A stretch of DNA of 43,085 nt from a virus. The translations under genes were made by a program, and so were the position numbers. Location of the stretch: IMG/VR virus record IMGVR_UViG_3300031673_000137, positions 1-43,085 of that record. The stretch is one strand, 5' to 3'. Of the stretch, positions 1 to 7,090 are shown in pieces. Every line of letters begins with the position of its first letter. Position 1 is the stretch's first letter. The notes below the pieces were generated by a model. It worked only from the letters and a program-made list of their open reading frames with translations, did no database searches and was not told where the DNA came from.

Positions 1-127
1 CCAGCATCCGCGCTACACCAGTGATGTTTGTGGCGGGTGACAACTTTGATGCCAGCATAGTTTATGGTATTCTTGGGCGAAACTGGACTGTACCTATGGC
101 TGTAACGGGTAATATCGCCCGACTTGA
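1..127. repeat. Terminal overlap: bases 1-127 are identical to 42959-43085 (circular-assembly overlap or terminal redundancy)
   Basis: Base-by-base comparison of both window ends. Unique length 43085-127 = 42958 bp. Confidence 0.95.
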
Positions 128-146
128 ACTGAGGGGTTTGGTGTGA
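1..146 (+). CDS. 3' end of the tail-tip protein gene that starts at 42034 (gene spans the circular junction)
   Basis: The frame open from 42034 to the window end continues through the duplicated 127 bp and stops at TGA 144-146. GTGA overlap with the next gene start at 143. Confidence 0.7.
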   Translation, partial: SIRATPVMFVAGDNFDASIVYGILGRNWTVPMAVTGNIARLELRGLV

Positions 147-2257
147 GCACAATAACACAGAACATAACGAGTATCGCCCCCGCCGCGAACCCCGCGACGA
201 TGGATCGGACTACCTTCTCCAACACTGCGGCGGCGAACGTGCTGGGTATCTCGGGGATGACTGCCGAGTTGAATACGTGGGCTGGGCAGGCGAACGCTAT
301 GGTTTCCGGGATGACGGCTATCGCCACCGGTGCCGCTTTGGCGATACCTCTGACGTTCAGCACGACCACGACGGATAGCGACCCCGGCAATGGCATTCTG
401 CGCCTCGACAACGCCACCCAAAATATCGCGACAACTATCCGCACTGATCTGATCGGAAACGACGGATCGACTTGGACGGATGTAATAAATCTGTTCGATG
501 ATTCAACCAGCACCATCAAGGGCTTTATCGTACTGGTAGACTTGACCGATGCGACAAAGTGGTTGGTGTTCAGTGTTAGCGCACTGGCCTCCCCTGCTGG
601 GTACAAGAACATATCCGTTGCGTGCGTTGCGTTCAGCGCGGCCAACCCGTTCGCAAATGGGGCATCGCTCGCGTTGAAATTCACCCGCAATGGCGACAAG
701 GGCGATACTGGCGCGACGGGAACGGGCATCACAACTCAGGCCGTCGGGTTCACTGCGACGGGCGGGACGACGCCCAAGACGCTGACAATTGATGTGGACT
801 TAACAGCCAGCAACGCGGTAACGCGCATCAGCGAATACGCGGGATCAACAGGAGGAACCACTACCGCGTATACGCTTACTCCTACGCCCGCATTGACGGC
901 ATACGCTGACGGGCAGAGATTCTTGTTCAAAGCCAACGCGACTAATACCGGGGCTGGCGCAACATTTGCCATCAGCGGATTGGCGGCGCTCCCATCGACG
1001 ATGGGTTATGTGGCGTTACCTGTCGGCGCATTGATTATCAATAATTTCTATTGGGGTTTGGTCGAAGCGGGCGGTACGAGCTTCCGCATATCCCCCTATG
1101 ATGCCAGATCCGTCAACGGTGATACGTCGAATGGGCTGGAAGTGTGGGCAGTTGGTGCGAACATTGCGTCCGCGACCACGCTGAACCTGTCAACTGCTAC
1201 TGGAAACTTGGTGCATATCACCGGAACTACGGCCACGTCCGCTGTAACAATGGCTCCTGGTGAGCAAATTGAGTGCATCGCTGATGGAGCTTGGCCGCTG
1301 ACTTATCACGCGACGAATAACAAGTTGAACACTGGCGGTGCTAACTATACTTGTGCTGCTGGCGATAGCGTGTTCTTCTTTTATGATGGCACGACGGTGT
1401 ATGGGCGGATTGTTAAGGCTGACGGAACGGCGGTAGCGGTAGCGGCGGTAGCGGCGGCGGTAGCGGTTCGTCAAACCGCGCTCGGCGGCCCCATTGACAC
1501 CAGCGGGCTGCCGACTTTCCTTCCGGCCACTTACGGAGGCCTTTCAATCGTCAGCCAGAATATTACGCCAGGCGCTCCGTTCATGGTGGCCTCGGCCAAC
1601 GGGTTCGGCGCAACTGGCGCGGTGGACCGTATCGGCTACAGTTCCGCAGATTTGACTTGGTCGGGGCTTACTGCAAATTCGACAAATTACCTGTATGTCG
1701 ACATTGCAGGCGGCGCCATGACGCCGGGGAGTACGACGCTCGCTCCCCTCTACCAATACAGCGGCGCGCCTGCGGTTACTGCCAATCAAGCGACTTTCAA
1801 CATCGCACAAATGCAAATGCTCGTCGGCAACGGTTCGACGGCGCTACAGACCTATCGGGTATTCCTTGGCGAGGCGGTGGCGGGGGCGTCTACGATTACT
1901 AGTACCGTTAGCTATGTGTATGGCGGGTATTACGACAGCGGGTTTACGCAGAATTTGCCGGCGGCAAGCACTTTAACAATCAAAAATCATAATATCGGAA
2001 CAGAAATCAGATCGGAATTTATCGCGGAATGTACCACCGCCGATGGAGGATATGATGTTGGGGATCAGATTTACCCAATGACGCGGCCAACGAATGAGTA
2101 TGCGCGGTTGAGCCTGGCCAGGACGAGAAATACCATCGGGGTATCGACAGGCGCGACGGCGGCATTTTCGACGTCGAATAAATCCACAGGGGGCGTTCTT
2201 GATCCGCTGACACAGAATAGTTGGAAATGGAAAATTATTGCTTGGAGAGGATGGTAA
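143..2257 (+). CDS. Tail fiber / receptor-binding protein (704 aa)
   Basis: Large ORF after the tape measure and tail-tip genes. GTG start overlaps the previous stop. Gly/Thr/Ala-rich with a short collagen-like GDKGDTGATGTG stretch. Followed by a small chaperone-like ORF. Confidence 0.65.
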   Translation: MSTITQNITSIAPAANPATMDRTTFSNTAAANVLGISGMTAELNTWAGQANAMVSGMTAIATGAALAIPLTFSTTTTDSDPGNGILRLDNATQNIATTIRTDLIGNDGSTWTDVINLFDDSTSTIKGFIVLVDLTDATKWLVFSVSALASPAGYKNISVACVAFSAANPFANGASLALKFTRNGDKGDTGATGTGITTQAVGFTATGGTTPKTLTIDVDLTASNAVTRISEYAGSTGGTTTAYTLTPTPALTAYADGQRFLFKANATNTGAGATFAISGLAALPSTMGYVALPVGALIINNFYWGLVEAGGTSFRISPYDARSVNGDTSNGLEVWAVGANIASATTLNLSTATGNLVHITGTTATSAVTMAPGEQIECIADGAWPLTYHATNNKLNTGGANYTCAAGDSVFFFYDGTTVYGRIVKADGTAVAVAAVAAAVAVRQTALGGPIDTSGLPTFLPATYGGLSIVSQNITPGAPFMVASANGFGATGAVDRIGYSSADLTWSGLTANSTNYLYVDIAGGAMTPGSTTLAPLYQYSGAPAVTANQATFNIAQMQMLVGNGSTALQTYRVFLGEAVAGASTITSTVSYVYGGYYDSGFTQNLPAASTLTIKNHNIGTEIRSEFIAECTTADGGYDVGDQIYPMTRPTNEYARLSLARTRNTIGVSTGATAAFSTSNKSTGGVLDPLTQNSWKWKIIAWRGW

Positions 2258-2259
2258 TC

Positions 2260-2538
2260 ATGGGCTACATCAATCAAAACGGAAATTACTACGAAGGCGA
2301 CCAGCAAGGCGAGGATGTGGAAGTGCCACAGCGCCCGACTCCTTACCACATATGGCAGGAGGGCGAATGGGTAGATAACAGCGCTGCCCATTACCGAGAA
2401 CTGAGAGCTGCTGAATATCCACCGGCATCTGATTATCTTGATGCCGTGGTAAAGGGCGACCAGGCAGCGATTGATGCCTATGTCGAGGCTTGCCGGGCGG
2501 TCAAGGCGAAATACCCAAAACCGGTGGCGACGCCATGA
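2260..2538 (+). CDS. Putative tail fiber assembly chaperone (92 aa)
   Basis: Lies directly after the fiber gene. GGAGAGG RBS about 9 nt upstream of ATG 2260. The C-terminal ...CRAVKAKYPKP motif resembles phage tail-fiber assembly proteins (from memory, unverified). Confidence 0.45.
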   Translation: MGYINQNGNYYEGDQQGEDVEVPQRPTPYHIWQEGEWVDNSAAHYRELRAAEYPPASDYLDAVVKGDQAAIDAYVEACRAVKAKYPKPVATP

Positions 2539-2864
2539 CGCTCGCCGCCTATTCCCTCGCATTGGCCTATTTACTCTGGGTATTCTATCTGGCTGTAATG
2601 AGTCTTAAACGCGCCAAAGATGCCGGAACGATCAGCAAGTTTGCACTTGTGATGGGTTATCCGGTGCTATTTTTCGGCCTGCTGATTGACCTGTTCGTCA
2701 ACGTCTTCGTGTTCACTGTTCTGCTGCTTGAGCTTCCACGGGAGTTGACTGTTACCGCACGGCTTAAAAGGCACGGTACACAAGGCGGCTGGCGCGGCGA
2801 TTTCGCTAGATGGTTTTGCGAGTCACTCCTTGATACATTTGATCCATCCGGGGATCACTGCTGA
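2535..2864 (+). CDS. Membrane protein with 2-3 hydrophobic helices (109 aa), function unknown
   Basis: ATGA start/stop overlap with the previous gene. Hydrophobic stretches LALAYLLWVFYLAVM and FALVMGYPVLFFGLLIDLFVNVFVFTVLLL. Confidence 0.6.
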   Translation: MTLAAYSLALAYLLWVFYLAVMSLKRAKDAGTISKFALVMGYPVLFFGLLIDLFVNVFVFTVLLLELPRELTVTARLKRHGTQGGWRGDFARWFCESLLDTFDPSGDHC

Positions 2865-2907
2865 GAAACGAACAAACACGCGGCACAAAATAAAAAGGTA
2901 AGGTGAA

Positions 2908-3150
2908 ATGATAGATGCGATGTGGATGCTCGGCCTGGCGGGAGCTTTGATCGCCGCCGTGTTTGGTGTGCTGGTGGCCGTGCTGGGTTGGCTTGGTAAC
3001 AAGCTCTACACAAAGGTCGATGAGATAGCCAAAACCATGCACCAGATAGCGGCGGGGCTGCACGACAAGATAAACGACCACGGCGAGCGGCTAACAAGGC
3101 TTGAGGCCGGGTGTAGCTCGAACCACAGGCGTAGGGGGGATCATGAGTGA
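2908..3150 (+). CDS. Small membrane-anchored protein (80 aa): N-terminal TM helix plus helical C-terminal part; i-spanin-like or holin-accessory candidate
   Basis: AAGGTAAGGTG RBS upstream. TM segment MWMLGLAGALIAAVFGVLVAVLGWLG. Lies just upstream of the endolysin. Confidence 0.55.
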   Translation: MIDAMWMLGLAGALIAAVFGVLVAVLGWLGNKLYTKVDEIAKTMHQIAAGLHDKINDHGERLTRLEAGCSSNHRRRGDHE

Positions 3151-3271
3151 ACTGTACCGGTGCCCCCAGTGTAAAGAGCAATTCGTCCCTGAGCGCGAGG
3201 GGGACATTTACTGCCCCATGTGTGACCCCCGCTTGGAAACCCCCGCAGATTTAATCTGGAGAGAAGAATGA
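3143..3271 (+). CDS. Small zinc-ribbon protein (42 aa; CPQC...CPMC)
   Basis: ATG 3143 overlaps the end of the previous ORF. Its stop overlaps the endolysin start (ATGA). Two CxxC pairs. Below the ORF-track length cutoff. Confidence 0.4.
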   Translation: MSELYRCPQCKEQFVPEREGDIYCPMCDPRLETPADLIWREE

Positions 3272-3669
3272 GCAGCCGGAATATTGACGATCTGAACGAA
3301 GCGATGCAGCGGTGCGCCACAGTTCACAAGCAACTCTGTGCCGCAAAGGGTGTGGAGTTGCTTATCTACTGCACGCTGCGGAGCAATGCCGAACAGGATG
3401 GGCTGTACGCCATCGGGCGCACGCTGCCGGGTGCTATAGTCACCAACGCCAGGGCGGGGGAGTCCGCGCACAACCCGGACGCATCTGGCGAGTCCTCGGC
3501 GTATGATTGCTGTCCCATGATTGCAGGCAAACCGATGTGGGACAGCAAGCACCCATCGTGGGCGATTGTCGGCGCTTGCGGTGAAGAAGCAGGGCTACTG
3601 TGGGCGGGGCGCTGGTCGGGAAAGCTGAAGGAATCCGCCCATTTTCAAGACCCTAATTGGAGGAAATAA
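3268..3669 (+). CDS. Endolysin, peptidase M15 (VanY / L-alanyl-D-glutamate peptidase-like)
   Basis: Zinc-ligand-like pattern ESAHNPD...AYD...ESAHFQ. About 130 aa. Adjacent to the holin. Confidence 0.75.
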   Translation: MSSRNIDDLNEAMQRCATVHKQLCAAKGVELLIYCTLRSNAEQDGLYAIGRTLPGAIVTNARAGESAHNPDASGESSAYDCCPMIAGKPMWDSKHPSWAIVGACGEEAGLLWAGRWSGKLKESAHFQDPNWRK

Positions 3670-3670
3670 C

Positions 3671-4057
3671 ATGGACATTACCGGACTCGGAGCGGTATCG
3701 GATTTGGCATCTACCGTCATCAACAAGATATGGCCGGATAAATCCGAGGCCGAGAAACAACAGATTGCTGCCGCCGTAATGGTTGTTCAAGGCCAACTCG
3801 ACATAAACAAAGCAGAAGCGGCTAACCCTAGCGTTTTCGTGTCCGGGTGGCGTCCGTTCATCGGCTGGGTGTGCGGCTCGGCTTGCGCTTGGAACTGGAT
3901 AGGGATACCCGTTGTGAAGGTCTTACTTGCCTTCTTCAGCGTGTCTCTTGTCGTAAGTCAGGCAGATCTTACCGAAATGCTACCAATCCTAATGGGTATG
4001 CTCGGGCTTGGCGGACTCCGCACTATCGAAAAAATGAATAATGTAGCTGCTAAATAA
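3671..4057 (+). CDS. Holin, 3-TM 'gene-transfer release' family (GTA_holin_3TM-like)
   Basis: INKAEAANPSVFVSGWRPFIGWVCG... and C-terminal LGMLGLGGLRTIEKM match my memory of the family signature. Lies next to the endolysin. Confidence 0.7.
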   Translation: MDITGLGAVSDLASTVINKIWPDKSEAEKQQIAAAVMVVQGQLDINKAEAANPSVFVSGWRPFIGWVCGSACAWNWIGIPVVKVLLAFFSVSLVVSQADLTEMLPILMGMLGLGGLRTIEKMNNVAAK

Positions 4058-4059
4058 CG

Positions 4060-4365
4060 TCACCACAAATCCCCGAGTAGAAAAGCGGGATTCTCGGGGC
4101 GTTTGCTGGACGTGCGTGCTCCGCGCCGGAGTACCCCCGTCTCTTTGTACGCTTGGCGTGCTGTTTTGCCTTCCAAGATGTCGTAGATGTGCGACTTGCC
4201 AGCCATACCCACGCGCCGGATAACACCGTGGTTGTATAGGTGGCACAGTAAGGAGGAAATGTTATTCCGCTTGGTGGCATCGCTCGACACAGCTATTTCT
4301 GTCGATACGAAAGGTCTGCCAAGGGTATCAATGGCCTCGATTAAATTGTCGATCGACGTACTCAT
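4060..4365 (-). CDS. Hypothetical protein, possible winged-helix DNA-binding fold (101 aa)
   Basis: ATGA overlap with the upstream gene at 4362-4365. The ISSLLCHLYNHGVIRRVG segment looks wHTH-like. The longer 121-aa version would overlap the upstream gene by 64 nt. Confidence 0.5.
   Translation of the reverse strand: MSTSIDNLIEAIDTLGRPFVSTEIAVSSDATKRNNISSLLCHLYNHGVIRRVGMAGKSHIYDILEGKTARQAYKETGVLRRGARTSSKRPENPAFLLGDLW
4068..4099. terminator. Hairpin between convergent late (+) and replication (-) operons; weak bidirectional terminator
   Basis: Alternative stems AATCCC(4068-73)/GGGATT(4087-92) and CCCCGAG(4071-77)/CTCGGGG(4093-99). Only weak T-runs on either side. Overlaps the 3' end of the minus-strand CDS. 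Confidence 0.35.
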
Positions 4366-4634
4366 CTCTCGCCCCAACCTGTACGTTCGTGTTTCGTACA
4401 TTCCAGTATCAAAACGTGCGGCCATTCAGGGGCGCGCACCAGACGAACCTGCACGGTGACAAATTCGGTCTGCGGCGCGGCGCAATCCGCTACCTCAGCA
4501 GGACGATGCAAGACCCCAAAACTGAACGAGATGGCGCATACGCACGCTACCGCCAGCCCCCCTGCGGCGTAACGCCACCCGGCGGGTATCTTCGGCTTCG
4601 GTGAGTACGAATCGCGATTCAGTTGCTTGTTCAT
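4362..4634 (-). CDS. Hypothetical single-pass membrane protein (90 aa)
   Basis: Basic N-terminus followed by the TM segment YAAGGLAVACVCAISFSFGVL. ATGA overlap with the upstream small ORF. Confidence 0.5.
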   Translation of the reverse strand: MNKQLNRDSYSPKPKIPAGWRYAAGGLAVACVCAISFSFGVLHRPAEVADCAAPQTEFVTVQVRLVRAPEWPHVLILECTKHERTGWGER

Positions 4635-4771
4635 TTGTAATCACTCCAATCCTCATCGGGGAAGAAGGCCAACGCGGCGGCGAGCGCGGCGGCGTACCTG
4701 TCATCGTCCTTGGGGTATTCGTCCAGTACAATCACGATCCGATGCAACAGTGCTTTATCTTTTTCGGTCAT
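4631..4771 (-). CDS. Hypothetical small acidic protein (46 aa)
   Basis: GGGAGAAG RBS upstream of ATG at 4771. First gene behind internal promoter P1. Stop overlaps the next start. Below the ORF-track cutoff. Confidence 0.4.
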   Translation of the reverse strand: MTEKDKALLHRIVIVLDEYPKDDDRYAAALAAALAFFPDEDWSDYK

Positions 4772-4810
4772 TTTTCTTCTCCCGTTTTTCTATTCGTTAA
4801 TCGTGCGGCC

Positions 4811-4839
4811 ATCCTACAGGTAAATTCTTCCTGTGTCAA
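4811..4839 (-). promoter_or_regulatory. Sigma70-type internal promoter P1 (TTGACA-17-TAGGAT) with palindrome ACAGG-N9-CCTGT in the spacer
   Basis: The -35 hexamer is the reverse complement of 4834-4839 and overlaps the SNF2 stop codon. The -10 is the reverse complement of 4811-4816. The palindrome is 4816-4834. A homologous copy lies at 7063-7090. Confidence 0.55.
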
Positions 4840-6350
4840 CTCTTTCGACGTTTCATCGCGTCTAGCAAAATGTCCTGTACTTCCCTCTTGCTCGCCCTGC
4901 GCTCCATAACCATCTCGTCCACCGTATCGCGAGCAATGATGTGGTGGATCGTGACCAGCCTATCGCCGTGCCCGCTTTGCTCTTGGCGCATCGGGCCGAC
5001 GCGCTCAATTATTTGCTGGTACTCTTCGAGGTTCCAGTCGTGCCCGAAGAATACAATGTTCCAACAGTGTTCCTGTAATCCGTCATAGCCATGCCCAATG
5101 CTTTTCGCGTGCCCGAATCCAATCGGGACACATCCGCTTTTAAACTCCCTAGCGCCTTGTTCATCTGATAGCAAAACGCCTTTGGGGAACGCTCCCCGTA
5201 GGCGCGCGAGATCGCTTTTAAAGTTGTAAGCAATGAGAAGCGGAACGCCATCCGTCTCCGATATAATACTCTCGACCGCTTGGATTTTCGCATCGTGTAT
5301 CTCCTTCCAGTTATGTTTGTCGTCGTAATACAGACTGCCCGAGGCAATTTGTAAAAGTTTACCCGTCAGCACCGCCGCGTTCGCTGCCTCGATGCCGTGT
5401 TCTTCCAACTTCACGAACATCTCTTTTTCCATCTCGCGGTACAGCGCCCGCGCTTTGGCGGGGAGCGTGACGTACACGTTATTGATGAACGGGGTTTTTA
5501 AATCAAACCAGTCCTTCGGGTCGACCGTGATGCACAAATCGCGCAGCGCGTCTTGTATCTGTTCTTGCGCGTGAGGCATCGCGGTTTGCCCGTAGCCGTC
5601 GTAGTCAGTCTTGAACCACCGCTGCATGAACGCGGTGTGCGTCCTGCCGAGTCGCGCTCCGGCGTCCAGGAACCAAACGCAGCCCCACAAATCCTTGAGG
5701 CCATTCGAGGCTGGAGTCCCGGTCAACTGGATGAACCGCTTGATCTTCGTGTGCGCGATCATACCAAGCGCGCGGGTGCGCTTCCCTCCCTGCCCTGCCA
5801 AGAACTGCTTGCCGGTCTTTGAGGTGCGGTAGGATAGGCGCAGACTCTTGAGCCGCGTGCTCTCATCGGCAACCACGATAGTGAAAGGCCAGCGATCCCC
5901 ATAAAAATCAATGAGCCAAGGGAGATTCTCGTAATTACAACTGCAAATCGGGTTGTCATACCGAAGCGCGGCCAGCCGCTCCGCTTCGCTACCCACAATC
6001 GGCATGATGTCGAGATGCTTGGTGTGATGCCACTTCTTCGTCTCTTCCGGCCATGTGTCTCGCGCTACGCGGAGCGGGGCGAGGATGAGCACGCGCCCGC
6101 CCTCAGCAAGCAGGATAGCGAGCAGCGCGGTGAGCGTGGCGACACTTTTCCCGACGCCCATCCCCGCCCACACAGCACATCGGGGCGTGTCGATGATGTG
6201 ATCCGTGATGAGCGGCTGGTACGGCTTCGGGACGTAATGGCGGGGCGGTTTCACTTCGATATTGCCGCAATAAGCGCCCACACAAGGAGAATGCCAAGCC
6301 ACCACCCGCCCGTTATCATTATCAGAAACAGATTCAATACTATCAGCCAA
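4836..6350 (-). CDS. SNF2/DEAD-like helicase (504 aa)
   Basis: Walker A GMGVGKS, DExx box VVADEST, LTGTPASNGLKDLW motif. Confidence 0.8.
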   Translation of the reverse strand: MADSIESVSDNDNGRVVAWHSPCVGAYCGNIEVKPPRHYVPKPYQPLITDHIIDTPRCAVWAGMGVGKSVATLTALLAILLAEGGRVLILAPLRVARDTWPEETKKWHHTKHLDIMPIVGSEAERLAALRYDNPICSCNYENLPWLIDFYGDRWPFTIVVADESTRLKSLRLSYRTSKTGKQFLAGQGGKRTRALGMIAHTKIKRFIQLTGTPASNGLKDLWGCVWFLDAGARLGRTHTAFMQRWFKTDYDGYGQTAMPHAQEQIQDALRDLCITVDPKDWFDLKTPFINNVYVTLPAKARALYREMEKEMFVKLEEHGIEAANAAVLTGKLLQIASGSLYYDDKHNWKEIHDAKIQAVESIISETDGVPLLIAYNFKSDLARLRGAFPKGVLLSDEQGAREFKSGCVPIGFGHAKSIGHGYDGLQEHCWNIVFFGHDWNLEEYQQIIERVGPMRQEQSGHGDRLVTIHHIIARDTVDEMVMERRASKREVQDILLDAMKRRKS

Positions 6351-6357
6351 AACATGT

Positions 6358-6651
6358 TCATTTCATCTCTCCTATCAATTTGTCCACCCCCTCAAACGAG
6401 TCGATAACCTCGACCCGCTCCCCCATGCTGCGCATCCGTTCGTGCTCGCGTAGCTGCCCGCTGGTCGGCTTCTTGCCGGGCGCTTTTAGCTCTATCCAGG
6501 CGGTGTTTACGCCCGAACACGGCGGGAACATAGCGATCCGATCCGGCGCGTTGGCTCTTGCTATCCAGCGTACCTTACGACATTCGCCGCCGAGTGCTTT
6601 GACTTGCGCGACTAGGTACTTCTCGATTTGCGATTCGCGGATCGGTTTCAT
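6358..6651 (-). CDS. VRR-NUC domain nuclease (97 aa)
   Basis: PDRI...WIELKAPGKKPTSGQ (D...ExK PD-(D/E)xK core). About 100 aa. Adjacent to the SNF2 helicase, as in many phages. Confidence 0.7.
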   Translation of the reverse strand: MKPIRESQIEKYLVAQVKALGGECRKVRWIARANAPDRIAMFPPCSGVNTAWIELKAPGKKPTSGQLREHERMRSMGERVEVIDSFEGVDKLIGEMK

Positions 6652-7031
6652 AGCGCGAACAAAGCCTTTGCGCTTGCGATAGTAGCTGCGCAGTCGCGCC
6701 GCATGTCGGCCAAATCGTACTCACAGCCTTCATCCCAAAGATGGGCGTAGTCGCAACCTGCTTTTACAGCGACAATGTTCTGCAAACTATCGCGCTCAAA
6801 AGAGGCGTAGGTTATCCCGTGATGCCAGTCGATTTCATTCAACCAAGAATCGGAATAGCGTAGGCTGTATTTTTCAGAAGCCATAGCCAACAGCTTTTTC
6901 CAAAACGCGGATGGGACGTTCTTCACAGTGAAATACACATAGTAATTCCACAATTTGAAATCTTCGCCCCAGTTTACATACTCCGCAGTGAAACCATCCA
7001 CCTCTTCGGTGAAAACTCTTTTTTCGCGCAT
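6648..7031 (-). CDS. Hypothetical protein (127 aa)
   Basis: Start moved to ATG 7031 (MREKRVF...) behind a GGAGAAGG RBS and promoter P2. The 193-aa track version would overlap the polymerase gene. Confidence 0.6.
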   Translation of the reverse strand: MREKRVFTEEVDGFTAEYVNWGEDFKLWNYYVYFTVKNVPSAFWKKLLAMASEKYSLRYSDSWLNEIDWHHGITYASFERDSLQNIVAVKAGCDYAHLWDEGCEYDLADMRRDCAATIASAKALFAL

Positions 7032-7062
7032 TTCCTTCTCCCTATTCGTTAATCGTGCAGCC

Positions 7063-7090
7063 AGTATAACAGGTAAATTATTCCTGTCAA
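7063..7090 (-). promoter_or_regulatory. Sigma70-type internal promoter P2 (TTGACA-16-TATACT) with palindrome ACAGG-N9-CCTGT in the spacer
   Basis: The -35 is the reverse complement of 7085-7090 and overlaps the polymerase stop codon. The -10 is the reverse complement of 7063-7068. The palindrome is 7069-7087. The roughly 50-bp block 7042-7091 is homologous to 4790-4840. Confidence 0.55.

Noticed and set aside
1428-1467. GCGGTA/GCGGCG micro-repeat encoding AVAVAAVAAAVAV inside the tail fiber gene
   Set aside because: It is a short in-frame low-complexity linker and does not look like a separate element.
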